From contig DATMBG010000007.1 of NCBI GenBank assembly GCA_035559535.1, positions 1 through 64,000 on the forward strand: a stretch of DNA of 64,000 bases, given 5' to 3'. The stretch comes from Candidatus Limnocylindrales bacterium (lineage in GTDB: Bacteria; Moduliflexota; Moduliflexia; Moduliflexales; JAUQPW01). Positions 13,701-20,187 of this stretch are shown piece by piece. The notes beneath the pieces were generated by a model. It was given only the letters and a program-made list of their open reading frames with translations, did not search any database and was not told where the DNA came from. Each line of letters opens with the position of its first letter. Position 1 is the stretch's first letter. The translations under genes were made by a program, and so were the position numbers.

Positions 13701-13835
13701 AAAGCCCTTGAATCCTCGGGTCAACCCGGTACAAATTATAGCTATACCAATTGGATTTCCATCGGTGGTAGAGAATTCAGCCTGAATGATATACAGTTCA
13801 GTACCGAGGAAATGACCGAGAAGATCCTAAAGTAA
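1794..13835 (+). CDS. Giant exported protein (~4,013 aa): 8 FG-GAP/VCBS-like repeats, ~25 fibronectin type III modules, two copies of a C-terminal globular domain
   Basis: Signal peptide from ATG 1794. Eight SSPAxGDxDGDGxxEIxxGSxDxKVYxW..GWP repeats (~2050-3120). 25 modules with LxWTA(T/P)GD(D/N)G..Y.LRY..Y(Y/F)AI..D..GN.S.LSN (~3410-12620). Duplicated C-terminal domain containing DGxWHxLExNLxxDL. Confidence 0.9.
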   Translation: MKGRYLFSACLVLLLTLILTSPLGITAQFTRSNSPPDKPGVRSELAEGVKLEPPQEPQTPVTSPPGKGERFDPKKWPIDVGAVVNSSPVLGDLDGDGCLEIIIGSDNGKVYAWKADGTPLPGWPVSTGDSVRSSPALADLDGDGKLEVIVGSFDGKIYAWNFRGSLVLGWPVTTGSVIYSSPAIGDVDGDQSPEVVVGSFDNKVYVWNADGSLARGWPQSTGLFVYSSPALADLDGDGKPEIIIGSDNNQVFIWNGEGIPLAGWPQVTGHVVPTSPAVGDIDGDGELDIIAGSWDKVYAWDSHGKLKPGWPITVGSWVTSSPALADLDNDGLPDIIVGSKDGKVYAWNGKGKLIDGWPTITDGEITSSPAVGDVDGDGRLEVVIGSKDNKLYIWDMNGKLLPGWPKATGGPITSSPAIGDLDKDGNIEVVVGSRDHKVYVWSIPGSGRVARSSRPDIPWAGFHRDPQHTGFLGQTLLTGQVAKTLRPSTPVSGAQPTPNLTKSPEAERSQVPDTALQSSLQRGPEVKREEPATPPVVAKPVIEDLTISDFTDTTVTLTWTAPSVKGNPAKFYDIRFSGEPITEETWEKATKYTTDLHPSSPGQPETFVLINLPPREKLYLAIRASDGKDKTKLSNVVELDRLDTIPPGAIKDLVVVEKGEQLELTWTAPGDNGYEGSANAYDIRYASQPLSESSWSKAAEIIGEPKPLPAGTKQQFLIPKPATTEVLYFGIKTIDEALNISPLSNIATWTPQDKIPPAKIQDLRVENITPEGIILTWTAPGDDGNVGRAFRYDIRYSESPITDANWSSIKNLIIGPIPEAAGTLQRFIIKEPLADKIYYFAMKTVDKRGNESPLSNILQVDVRDKIAPAPIKDLVVMEVGSDWARLSWTATGDNGTEGTAAAYSLRYAEDPKILEAWDQAQEAKDLPKPLPSGSKEEFKLSGLKSNLRYYVAIKAIDGAGNYSAISNLVEVKTSDTINPDPITDLRATGSTEDSVTLSWTATGDDGRTGKAARYDLRYTVKEKLTKNNWDQANKLTGLPQPAESGKPEIYIVRNLARDTVYYFAIEAIDKQGNRSGLSNVLEVSTSDTTPPAAVTDLAVQGSGADWVRVSWTATGDDGTEGQASFYSLRYAESLQTVQEWDRATEIPNMIKPGKSGSKEEFTISGLKSNTVYHLAIKVGDDRGNLSRISNIVQARTADTINPAPIADLRVTSSTEDSITLSWTATGDDGRVGRAAAYDLRFTQKEKLTKENWPLAEKIEHLPKPAESGSTETFSITGLVKGTPYYFAIEAIDAQGNRSGLSNVVEITTKDVTPPAPIKDLSVVRTTGDSVELSWTATGDDGTEGVATAYSLKYALDRKTLEEWNQATEAFSMIKPARSGEKEKFTLTGLKSNVVYYIGLKAIDEAGNTSGLSNIVQAKTQDTISPDPIVDLRVVANTESSITLSWTATGDDGKIGRAASYDLRFTVKSTPKDKKKRESGEGVLTKDNWTHAVPVTGLPQPGEAGKTETFTVTGLSKNSTYYFAIEAIDKQGNRSGLSNVIEVSTSDTTPPATVQTLAVMGAGADWIRLTWIATGDDGMEGRAASYSLRYAETAAAIKEWDHAPEVPNMIRPGNPGDREEFIITGGLKSNTTYYIGLKVRDSRGNTSGLSNIVQAKTSDALSPAPITDLRVVESTEDSVTLSWTATGDDGRVGQASEYDLRYTLGEKLSRNLWPLAHKVEGLPRPLEAGRSETFKVTGLKRHTTYYFGLEAVDNQGNRSGISNILEVSTRDLTPPAAVTDLAIVSTGPNWVKVSWTATGDDGTEGQAAKYSLRYLGSTGTELKPDPNWWDQAVEVSDVPKPAQPGTKEEFTITGLNSNTTYFIGLKIFDGQNNVSPLSNILRTRTADTIKPALITDLAPVEVGETLVTLKWTATGDDGKVGRAERYDLRYMVVGPGRGSSLTPKTWQTATEVPNLPQPSESGTVEVVTVAGLSRDTKYNFAIEAIDGAGNRSGLSNIIEVVTLDTTPPASVTDLKALETGPDWVRLSWTATGDDGIEGTASRYSLRYATDLKTLENWEKATEAVAPNRMPLPKSAGTSEEFLLKGLKSNTTYYIALRVLDNRQNISGLSNIVEVRTADALSPGVIEDLQVVESTEDSITLSWTATGDDGRVGQANEYDLRYTSGEKLTKTSWKLAHRVTEVPKPQPSGSMETYKVTGLSRDTVYYFGIEAIDKQGNRSGISNIVEIRTQDLTPPAGVVDLAVIGAGADWVKISWTATGDDGTEGQATAYSLRYAGDLKTLEEWDHALEVPGVPKPAPSGTKEVFTITGLKNNSTYYIGLKVMDNRQNFSPLSNILTVQTADTINPAPITDLRVAETAADSITLSWTATGDDDRVGRAATYDFRYSTVPLTEKTWASAQKVPNPPTPAEAGTIEKLTVRGLVPNQIYYFGVLAIDKNSNISPLSNIVEASTADTLAPKAITDLSIEETTENSVSLVWTSVGDDPIHKTAARYDLRYSTNPITEGNWSQATRVSPVIKPSESGTKERQVVTNLRKGTSYYFAIKSIDNASNVSPLSNTVWAYTLPDRITDLAVGKVDKDKVTLTWTTPGGDLTGITGTEGRFYEIRYAKQEITEDNWSQATLYPARIKAKEPGSQEQVVLTNLPPDEKLFFAVKVFKVGGPTVPGTAGVPGTGISASQISNKLEVNRLDIIPPAAITDLVVRPITCQSPEGQNLGSRVPDSGPEKSAESKKQSKGKQGLLSFTKRKSNNLRSESPGSELRTLDCLELSWTATGDNGHEGTATAYDIRYARTPLDETNWVRAERYLHPPTPQAAGTPQTFIVPLPSQEETFFFAIKVLDEALNISPISNVVSWTPPDHIPPAAITDLKVTSLDSHTITLSWTAPGNNENRGKAAFYDIRYCGGDVRCKLPEGWSKAQTVAGEPLPEEAGTLQSMTLTNLISDTTYYIAMTATDGAGNTSPLSNIVEATTPDVVAPSPVKDLSVVGVGLDRLKLAWTATGDDGEVGQASQYSLKYATDRATLERWDSATEVPKVPAPKSAGKREEFLLTGLTHNTTYYIGLKVIDNRGNYSGLSNILEARTGDAIGPEMITDLKVIGKTSSPGTSETPDTREERTASTDGLTLSWTAPGDDGKVGQADKYEIRYSIEPLNPANWNKATKVKEVPKPSVAGTVENLVIRGLAFNKKYYFGIIAVDKSGNPSPLSNIAEGFTRDTIPPQPVRDLQVESTTKDTITLTWTAPKDDALHDQAFAYDLRYSIQPFGEGSNAGWETAERVQGIPQPGNPGALERFTIGPAQGITLQENTPYYFAIKVIDQAGNVSPLSNIVSTQTKDVTPPVAIGDLVAAFPTRNTITLIWTAPQDPNTGKVASYEIRYWEVKDTDLEGTGTWGHERIETRRQGGQGTPGAEVQKSGSGETPELMTTEDVPPSKIEPPGKKTTEKPEAKPEVSSGKKSQKTSKEKGKIERQGPEGTGQEGSVRKPSVAASKRSMRSVLPKPEEIPEAKPKIKPTPSISGQVPGSGETTLQQGGIEVHGQKSQETVPTTSRSQVTTSRIPFPWEKAVRIPTPPQPSNPGSVEKYVVANLKEGQTYAFAIRSTDPSGNISELSNVVVEMTLGPSLPVGRPSISAISPEKPIHQGQWSTYQGKGTILSEDNMGIQVTSTDRVFGIKRPLVVSYPAGNNTVTLPQDQLSLKIKSREPFIVYIKVMSTQKDEYYLAYQASTYNGLWAVSQEQRLSSDKEVAVAADNEQGTPRLNPGQTMDHGPQITDNRQQTMPDRQPAFHRVDNFVFFRLGSEFLDGNWHNLERNLRKDLFEATGQNYLATKWFAVRGTQFSLGDVNLAGKLVKTISVSDGGTAAASWGIHYGEGDLSIQPDSELNKPVLQAKSRTGRELVIAYPVKPGIQITEKILSAQIKAREEFKFFVKVVTSTGETYYLTYIPREGPLTVSGNYIYVPIGTSYRDGTWHKLEQNLEADLKKALESSGQPGTNYSYTNWISIGGREFSLNDIQFSTEEMTEKILK

Positions 13836-13845
13836 AACTTTATCG

Positions 13846-13897
13846 GAGTAGGGCGTATGGGGCTTTTACCCCCCATACGCCCGTACTTCTACACTTC
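13846..13897. repeat. GGRGTATG-family inverted element between the giant gene and hisS
   Basis: ggagtagggcgtatgggg...ccccatacgcccgtacttc hairpin, same family as 21375 and 28074. Confidence 0.65.
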
Positions 13898-13902
13898 CCT
13901 AT

Positions 13903-15186
13903 TTGATTAAAGGTATACGCGGATTTAAAGATATTTTACCGGGCGAAGTAAGCACCTGGCAATGGGTCGAGCAGAAGGCCCGGGAGATTTTTCATTTGTA
14001 CGGCTATTTGGAAATACGGACGCCGGCTCTGGAGAAACTAGAGTTGTTTATCCGAGGAGTAGGGGCAGACACAGATATTGTCCAAAAGGAGATGTATATC
14101 ATTCCGGATCCTCGAGAAGGAGATATGGCCCTTCGTCCGGAAGGAACGGCACCGGTCATGCGGGCCTATGTAGAGCACCAGATCTACGCCAAGGGAGATA
14201 AAGATCGTCCTTACAAGGTTTATTATATAGGTCCTATGTTTCGCCATGAAAGACCCCAGGCCGGTCGGTTTCGTCAGTTTCACCAGATCGGTGCCGAAGT
14301 ATTAGGCGTTGAAGATCCTCTGGTAGATGCTGAAGTCTTAGCTTTACTTCGAGATTTCCTGATCGGCTTAGGTGTACAAGACTTTCAACTTCAACTAAAC
14401 TCGGTAGGATGTACGAACTGTCGACCTACGTATCGAGAAGAGTTGAAGAAGTATCTTAAAGAGCATCTTAACGAACTTTGTGAGAATTGCCAGGGTCGAT
14501 ATGAACGAAATCCCCTTCGGGTCTTAGATTGCAAAAATCCAACCTGTAGAGAAGTTGTTTTGCAGGCTCCTCTCCTTCGTGACTTTTATTGTTCGATCTG
14601 CAAAGACCATCTCCAAAAGCTTGAAAACCTTTTACAAGCTTTAAATATCACATATATGATCAATCCCAGACTGGTGCGAGGTCTGGATTATTATATGCGA
14701 ACTGCCTTTGAGATTGTCAGTTCTAAGCTTGGGGCGCAAAATGCCATTGTGGGAGGGGGGCGCTATGACGGCTTATCCCAGGATATTGGAGGTCCACCGG
14801 TTCCAGGTATCGGTTTTGCCATGGGTATTGAACGGCTCATCTCTCTCTTAGAGATCAGACCGGAAGGTTATATTCCAGATGTTTTCATAGCCGCACTGGG
14901 AAAAGAAGCCAAACAGGAAGCGTTCCTGCTGCAGAGTCAACTACGAAGCGTCGGCATCACGGCAGAAATAGAATATCAGGAGGACCGAAGCCTTAAAAGT
15001 CAACTCCGAACCGCCGATAAACTCAAAGTCCACTTCGTGATCATGATAGGAGAGGATGAGCTTAAAACCGGTGAGTTAACCGTCAAGAATATGCGAGAGG
15101 GAACGCAGGAGCAGATCAAAAGAGAAGAGATTATCCAACATCTGAAGGGGAAGAAAATACCCCATGGATCTTTCCCCTCCCGATAG
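13903..15186 (+). CDS. hisS: Histidine--tRNA ligase
   Basis: IRGFKDILP, LRPEGTA, GPMFRHERPQAGRFRQFHQIGAE, LVRGLDYY, GGGRYDGL and a C-terminal anticodon-binding domain. TTG start. Confidence 0.98.
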   Translation: MIKGIRGFKDILPGEVSTWQWVEQKAREIFHLYGYLEIRTPALEKLELFIRGVGADTDIVQKEMYIIPDPREGDMALRPEGTAPVMRAYVEHQIYAKGDKDRPYKVYYIGPMFRHERPQAGRFRQFHQIGAEVLGVEDPLVDAEVLALLRDFLIGLGVQDFQLQLNSVGCTNCRPTYREELKKYLKEHLNELCENCQGRYERNPLRVLDCKNPTCREVVLQAPLLRDFYCSICKDHLQKLENLLQALNITYMINPRLVRGLDYYMRTAFEIVSSKLGAQNAIVGGGRYDGLSQDIGGPPVPGIGFAMGIERLISLLEIRPEGYIPDVFIAALGKEAKQEAFLLQSQLRSVGITAEIEYQEDRSLKSQLRTADKLKVHFVIMIGEDELKTGELTVKNMREGTQEQIKREEIIQHLKGKKIPHGSFPSR

Positions 15187-15320
15187 GGAAGGCTGTTTTT
15201 TAAGGGATAAGTAAAACCACCCGGGGGGTATTTTTACTTATCTCAGAATCGTCAGTAAAATCAGCAAGAAGATTCCCTGTTGTAAGCAGATAACTTTGAG
15301 TAAAGGAATCTGGTGAAGAA

Positions 15321-15839
15321 ATGAAGCCTTTAGTTTCCATTCTCTCCCGGGTTTTAAACCACGAACAAGAGTCTCTCCGCAGAGGTGAACCGGAAGCAGG
15401 TCGTGATCTACAAATCTGGATGGTCTGGAACCGTATTGTAGGAGATCAAATCGCTCAGAGAGCCCAACCGCATCATCTGAAGGGATCTTCCCTTTATGTG
15501 GAAGTCAAAGCTCCCACCTGGCTCCGGCCCCTTCAGGAGATCGGTCCACAGATTTTGGAAAACTTAAACCGGGTGATTTCCCACAAGATTTCTCGGATTA
15601 TCTTTTTTCAAAGGCAATACAACCCAAATCTTGAAGCTACGAAGGGTACAAAAACAAAAAACAACGGTCAACTAACAGGCAACAAGGACAGGTGGTACGA
15701 GCGAATCTTCCTGGATGCCGGTGAGAATCAAGAAATTGAGCGAGAGTTAAGTCAAATTTCCGATGTTGAACTTCGAGAAGTGATAAGCCGCGTTCGGATT
15801 AAAGCAGCAAAGCTAGAGAAGCTAAGGTCGAAGTTTTGA
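15321..15839 (+). CDS. DUF721/DciA family protein
   Basis: WNRIVGDQIAQRAQP..L.GSSLYVEVKAPTWL..L matches the DUF721 pattern. Confidence 0.7.
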   Translation: MKPLVSILSRVLNHEQESLRRGEPEAGRDLQIWMVWNRIVGDQIAQRAQPHHLKGSSLYVEVKAPTWLRPLQEIGPQILENLNRVISHKISRIIFFQRQYNPNLEATKGTKTKNNGQLTGNKDRWYERIFLDAGENQEIERELSQISDVELREVISRVRIKAAKLEKLRSKF

Positions 15840-15907
15840 CCAGATTTATCCTTCCCTAAATCCCTCTTGCTTTTCCTCTCTGAATGATCGATCGTCCTGA
15901 TTTGGTA

Positions 15908-16360
15908 TTACACGATCCCATACTGCCTTAGTAGATCGACTACTTCTTCATGGCTGCCTCGAAATGCATCCCAAACCGAGACGCACCATGCCTCGATAGC
16001 CTTATCCCGCCCAGGGCCAGCGGGGGTAGCCATCACCTGCCTTACGGTAATTGAGCCTCGTTCGCGTGGCAAGGCAAACGAGGGCCAGTTCCTCTTGCTT
16101 CGGGCAAGAGCCATATGTACACGCTGCACCTGCCGCCCCGAAAATCCCTTCTCGATGTGAAGATAAAGCCCCACAAGCGCAAAGGTCAGGGCGATTGGCT
16201 TGGTCTGTTCATTCGCCTGCTGCGCCGTCCAGGCATCCACCACGTGTTGATGGATAAATGCTGGATCGCCGTGAGCAAGCGTGTAGCACTGGAGTTCGTG
16301 ATAGGCTTCCAGTTCTGATGACCGGTCATCTGAGAGATCTATCTTCATTATTCCTTCCAT
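15908..16360 (-). CDS. Conserved hypothetical protein (DUF5946-like)
   Basis: YTLAHGDPAFIHQHVVDAW.AQ, FALVGLYLHIEKG.SG.QVQ.VH motifs. Confidence 0.7.
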   Translation of the reverse strand: MEGIMKIDLSDDRSSELEAYHELQCYTLAHGDPAFIHQHVVDAWTAQQANEQTKPIALTFALVGLYLHIEKGFSGRQVQRVHMALARSKRNWPSFALPRERGSITVRQVMATPAGPGRDKAIEAWCVSVWDAFRGSHEEVVDLLRQYGIV

Positions 16361-16406
16361 AATACTCTGTTCCCTTAGTTTGATCGAAGTTCTACGGTAC
16401 CGGAAC

Positions 16407-16477
16407 GTCAGGCGAGGACGCTTAACCTACCTGCCAACGGGTTATCCCATAGAATAGGTTAAGCGTCCTCGCCTGAC
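16407..16477. repeat. REP-like perfect 23-bp inverted repeat
   Basis: GTCAGGCGAGGACGCTTAACCTA (16407-16429) and its exact reverse complement (16455-16477). Confidence 0.85.
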
Positions 16478-16560
16478 AATGCCAGTGATGCAAACCGAAA
16501 GCCCGACAGAAACGAGTAGGATTATCTTCAGCTATCTACCTATCCCGTTTCCTTGATATA

Positions 16561-16623
16561 ACCTAACATCACTGCTCAGAAGTGTGCTGCTTGCGGCGCG
16601 TCTGCTGCAATAGTTTGTTAGGC
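16561..16623 (-). mobile_element. Integron attC site (decayed)
   Basis: Minus strand GCCTAAC-aaactattgcagcagacgcgccgcaagcagcacacttctgagcagtgat-GTTAGGT: RYYYAAC and GTTRRRY boxes around an imperfect palindrome, overlapping the gene's stop codon. Confidence 0.75.
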
Positions 16624-17057
16624 AGCAAGATACCTTTTTCCCACGGAGCAACACCGCCTGGTATTACCCGAAATAGGGGATGTGGGCAGGGAAATTTGAC
16701 CGGTTCAAGCGTGGCGTGCCATTGTGGGTCTCGCGCTTCCAGTTTTTTCAGGAGGTGAAACCACTCGAACTTAAGCTGACCTTCCGTCACGGTGAGTCGC
16801 CCAGGCGCTCGCGCACGACTGATCTTTTCGGCGTCAAACCGGTAACCGCGGCGCGTCGCTTCCTCATAAACGACCCGCAAATACTTTGCGATGAAACCAA
16901 CCGGAAACGCTGTATCCTGAAATCGATGCAGTTGCGGATGATGCAAATAGCCGCTGGTCGTTCCCTTTAGCACTGCTTGGGCGAGAAGTCCTTCTCGCCA
17001 CAGCGCAACAAGGCCACGGGCGTCAAGATACTTCGGATGCAGACTCCAGATGCGCAT
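16569..17057 (-). CDS. Pyrimidine dimer DNA glycosylase / T4 endonuclease V family protein
   Basis: MRIWSLHPKYLD.RGLVALWREGLLAQAVL.G.T.GY.HHPQL.RF signature. The C-terminal PNKLLQQTRRK is read through the attC. Confidence 0.85.
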   Translation of the reverse strand: MRIWSLHPKYLDARGLVALWREGLLAQAVLKGTTSGYLHHPQLHRFQDTAFPVGFIAKYLRVVYEEATRRGYRFDAEKISRARAPGRLTVTEGQLKFEWFHLLKKLEARDPQWHATLEPVKFPCPHPLFRVIPGGVAPWEKGILLPNKLLQQTRRKQHTSEQ

Positions 17058-17073
17058 AGATGTCACTCAAGCT

Positions 17074-17139
17074 TTATAACGCCCCGATTCAGCGGTGGGC
17101 CATACAGCGGTCCGTCCGCTGGAACCGGAGGAATTGGGG
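17074..17139 (-). mobile_element. Integron attC site (decayed R'' box)
   Basis: Minus strand CCCCAAT-tcctccggttccagcggacggaccgctgtatggcccaccgctgaatcggggc-GTTATAA, immediately upstream of the glycosylase gene. The central palindrome has attC-like unpaired bases. Confidence 0.65.
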
Positions 17140-17186
17140 AGTGAAAGTAACCCTAGGAGGTCAAAATTAAGGTAACAGTGTACTAC

Positions 17187-17291
17187 AGTCACATACAGGT
17201 GCGCTTTGGGTCGCCGAGGGTGGGAGACCCTAACGAGTTACTATGGGGCTACCCCTACGGCTTAGGTGGCGTTTCGACGTAGAAATGGTAT
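17187..17291 (-). repeat. REP/MITE-like element (ATACCATTTCTACGTYGAAA family)
   Basis: Its 20-nt end matches 38922-38941 at 19/20. Both are followed by GTAGGGG and a GGCGACCC-like hairpin. Confidence 0.7.
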
Positions 17292-17328
17292 AATTTTCTT
17301 TTTACTTCTATCTGATATCTGAACAACT

Positions 17329-18174
17329 TTAGAATAAGCCTGAGCCCGAAAAAAGCGTGTTTGTTTTTCCACCAACCCACACGGTGCCTGCCGGATCCTG
17401 GTTGATATAGATATAGCCAGCACGCCCAAGACGTGTTCCCTGGGAAGCGGTATAAGGTGCAACGGCACGACCGCTGGACAAAAGCCATTGTGCCACCGAG
17501 GCGTTCAAGCTGCCTGTTACGGGATCTTCAACCACGCCACCCTTGTGGTCGCTAAAGAATGCGCGAACCTCAAAAGCAATCGAACTGCCCGGCGGATAGG
17601 GTCCAACGACGCCGACATCAATCCGTGTGGGGTAATCCTTCGGTGGATTAAGAGCCAGCACTGCATCCGCCGATTCAAGGAGAACGGCGATCCAGCCAGG
17701 TCCGTTATCCGCCCACTGCGCATCCATGATTTTTGAGCGATCAATGCGAAGGAAATTCGCAACCTCCTGAATTTTGGATTCATCTACCGGACCGCTACGA
17801 ATAAGCGGTGGTGCAGCAAACGCCAGGCCTGTGTCATTGCGGCGGATTGATACCAGACCGATACCACACTCTTGAACGATTTCTGTGTTGTGATGTGGCC
17901 TGCCACCAGAGGTGAGCCATGCATGGCAACTACCGAGTGTGGGGTGACCCGCAAAGGGCATTTCCCGCTCCAACGTGAAAATGCGGACGCGATAATCTGC
18001 CCCGGTGGATGTTGGGGATAGAAGGAACACGGTCTCAGAAAGGTTGAGCCAACGTGTGATGCGCTGCATTTCCTCTGTCGTCAAGCCCTCTGCGTCCAAA
18101 ACCACTGCTAAAGGGTTTCCAGAAAATGGTTGTTGACCATGAAATACGTCAATCAGTTGAAAACGGCGATTCAT
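17329..18174 (-). CDS. PhzF family epimerase/isomerase
   Basis: DVF..PFSGNPLAVV, NLSETVF, EMPFAGHPTLG, EDPVTGS. Confidence 0.92.
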   Translation of the reverse strand: MNRRFQLIDVFHGQQPFSGNPLAVVLDAEGLTTEEMQRITRWLNLSETVFLLSPTSTGADYRVRIFTLEREMPFAGHPTLGSCHAWLTSGGRPHHNTEIVQECGIGLVSIRRNDTGLAFAAPPLIRSGPVDESKIQEVANFLRIDRSKIMDAQWADNGPGWIAVLLESADAVLALNPPKDYPTRIDVGVVGPYPPGSSIAFEVRAFFSDHKGGVVEDPVTGSLNASVAQWLLSSGRAVAPYTASQGTRLGRAGYIYINQDPAGTVWVGGKTNTLFSGSGLF

Positions 18175-18297
18175 CTTAAATAGCCTCCGTAGGTAATCAT
18201 CCTCCCTTTGGATTGTGAATATCCTTTCTTCGGATTGCTTCCAGAAAATCTTGTAGGTATTCCGGTTTGGGACGGTAGATGTCTGAAGTAAGATAAC

Positions 18298-19128
18298 TCA
18301 TATTTCACTTCTTTTCTTTCCAACGAACAAAAAATGGTCGCTCTGTCCGAGACCTTCAGATGTTCTGCCTGTTTGTTCAACCAGATCGAGCCATGCGTCG
18401 CGTTCATCTGGGGAAAGCTCATGGAGCTTCGATTGCCAAGCGGTCGTGAACGATTCTGTCCCAATTAAAGCCAGTTCCTCAAAATACTCTGTGAGAAGTT
18501 CTCGGAACTCTGCCACCGTCGTGAGATGGGCATAGCCAATGGGAGGCGCATGGTGAGGATCAAGCTTACCCTCTCTCAAAAAATCCTCATGAAACCTCTT
18601 CCGTCCAAGCACTTCCTTTGGGTTCTCCCGAAATAGATCGCGCAGGTACGCCAGCCGATTGATCCCTGCGGCAAACAAAACACCATTTGGTTTGAGCACC
18701 CGCTGGGCTTCTCTGACTGCCTGTTGTCGTTCACGCAGTTCTCGAAGATGATAGAGTGGTCCAAGCATGAGGATCACATCCAGGCTCCCATTGCTAAGGC
18801 AATGTAAGTCCTTGGCAGATGCTTTGTGGATCCCTTTGATAAGATTCCCGAGACCTGCGCTTTCCAATCGCTGCCGTGCTGCGTTAAGCAATTGAACGCT
18901 GATATCGATTAAGTAAATGGTACAGCCCCTCTGAGCCAGGAACGCGGCATAATGCCCTACACCAACCCCTACATCTGCCACAAAAGCACCGGGCGGAACA
19001 TACTTTTCGAGATAGCGGCACGTGGTGGCATACTCCACCGGGCAATGTTTTTCCAGCCGTTCCAGCTCGAACTGAAATACTGCGGTATCGTAGTGTTTGG
19101 CGATGTAATTCTCGTCGGGCGTCCACAT
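18298..19128 (-). CDS. Class I SAM-dependent methyltransferase
   Basis: VADVGVGVGHYA, LIDIS, DVILMLGPLYHL, RVLKPNG. Probable start ATG 19128 with a GAGG RBS. Confidence 0.88.
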   Translation of the reverse strand: MWTPDENYIAKHYDTAVFQFELERLEKHCPVEYATTCRYLEKYVPPGAFVADVGVGVGHYAAFLAQRGCTIYLIDISVQLLNAARQRLESAGLGNLIKGIHKASAKDLHCLSNGSLDVILMLGPLYHLRELRERQQAVREAQRVLKPNGVLFAAGINRLAYLRDLFRENPKEVLGRKRFHEDFLREGKLDPHHAPPIGYAHLTTVAEFRELLTEYFEELALIGTESFTTAWQSKLHELSPDERDAWLDLVEQTGRTSEGLGQSDHFLFVGKKRSEI

Positions 19129-19221
19129 ACTTGCCTCAAGATGATTATTCCAAAGCAACCCATCCGGTAAGCTGCTGCGGTTGTGGTACAAGAAAAAGGA
19201 AGATTCCGGCTAACTTTCGAG

Positions 19222-19251
19222 AGTACGGGTCGATGGTCATCGACCCCTTCA
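19222..19251. repeat. REP-like hairpin
   Basis: gtacGGGTCGATggtcATCGACCCcttca, perfect 8-bp stem. Confidence 0.55.
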
Positions 19252-19299
19252 GTCATTCCCAAACAGCCTCCTTCGAGCTTGCTTAATTCATTCACCACG

Positions 19300-19523
19300 A
19301 CATGCGCCAGACTCTCCCATTCAACAATGGTGACAAAGTTGAATTCTCCGGGCCCGGCAAATTGTTCGAGCAAAATGTCTTGCACAAAACCCCTTTGCTT
19401 TCTTAAGACCTCATGGGTTGCTTTGACCCGAGCCATGAACTCATCTCGTGCTGAATTTGGTACAACGAATTTGTCTACACGATAGATGTGGCCCGTACCA
19501 CCTTGCTTTAGGTTGGATTGCAT
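19300..19523 (-). pseudogene. Antibiotic biosynthesis monooxygenase (ABM) family gene, apparently 3'-truncated
   Basis: MQSNL..YRVDKFVVP..ARDEF..TH.VLR.Q.GF...GPGEFNFVTIVEWES is ABM-like. The frame then runs through a REP hairpin and overlaps the methyltransferase out of frame. Confidence 0.55.
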
Positions 19524-19600
19524 TTTGAACCTCTTTGAATGTTCGATGTGAGACCTTAACCCCACACAATACTTGCACTCCTATATAACCTCCAGGTCCT

Positions 19601-20161
19601 TTATTTTTCCCGAATTTGATCCCATAACGGTTTGCTCTCCTTATAAAGTTCCTCTTCCGTGACAGGCACTCCAACTTCTGCACGTCCGCCCAACTTCAAG
19701 CGACTCCGTGCTGTGAACATCCCACCGCGAGCTGGTTGCAGCGGAGCAAAGCACATAAAGCCGACCGGAGCGACCATATCATCGTAAATAGCCTCCATGC
19801 CTCCTCGCATAAAGTACGTCTCGTGCCAGAATCCGGTACCTCCTGAATCACGTAAGAATTCCTGCCACCACGCTTGATGAGGAAGCGACCGTGCCCATCT
19901 TTCGAGTGATTCAAAATTGCGCCAGTATTGCCGCATCCCCATGTGGAGCGGAAAGAGTGAGAAGATGAGATTCTCGTGCAAAAGCAATCCATCCGGTTGC
20001 GCATCAACAGCCTTTCGGATCTTCGCCCCGAAACTCAATAATGTCCTCAACCCTCTGAACTGATTCACCCGCATTCCTAAATAGATCACCACAAGATCAG
20101 GGTAACCGGAAAGGTCTATCGTGCGGCGATTGACTTGCTTTTTCATATCACTCGGGCTCAT
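19601..20161 (-). CDS. DUF4188 / aldoxime dehydratase-like protein
   Basis: DLSGYPDLVVIYLGMRVN, QYWRNFESLERWAR..PH..WW, GTGFWHETY. AGGAGG RBS before ATG 20161. Confidence 0.82.
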   Translation of the reverse strand: MSPSDMKKQVNRRTIDLSGYPDLVVIYLGMRVNQFRGLRTLLSFGAKIRKAVDAQPDGLLLHENLIFSLFPLHMGMRQYWRNFESLERWARSLPHQAWWQEFLRDSGGTGFWHETYFMRGGMEAIYDDMVAPVGFMCFAPLQPARGGMFTARSRLKLGGRAEVGVPVTEEELYKESKPLWDQIREK

Positions 20162-20187
20162 AGATATCCTCCTTGTTGGTTGATCAG

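Noticed and set aside
17131..17291. Group II intron or IS remnant inserted in the attC
   Set aside because: No domain V or RT/transposase trace. Most of the stretch is explained by the repeat family shared with 38922.
18969..19565. 198-aa ORF as an intact gene
   Set aside because: Only the ~75-aa ABM part looks protein-like. The rest crosses a REP hairpin and overlaps the methyltransferase.
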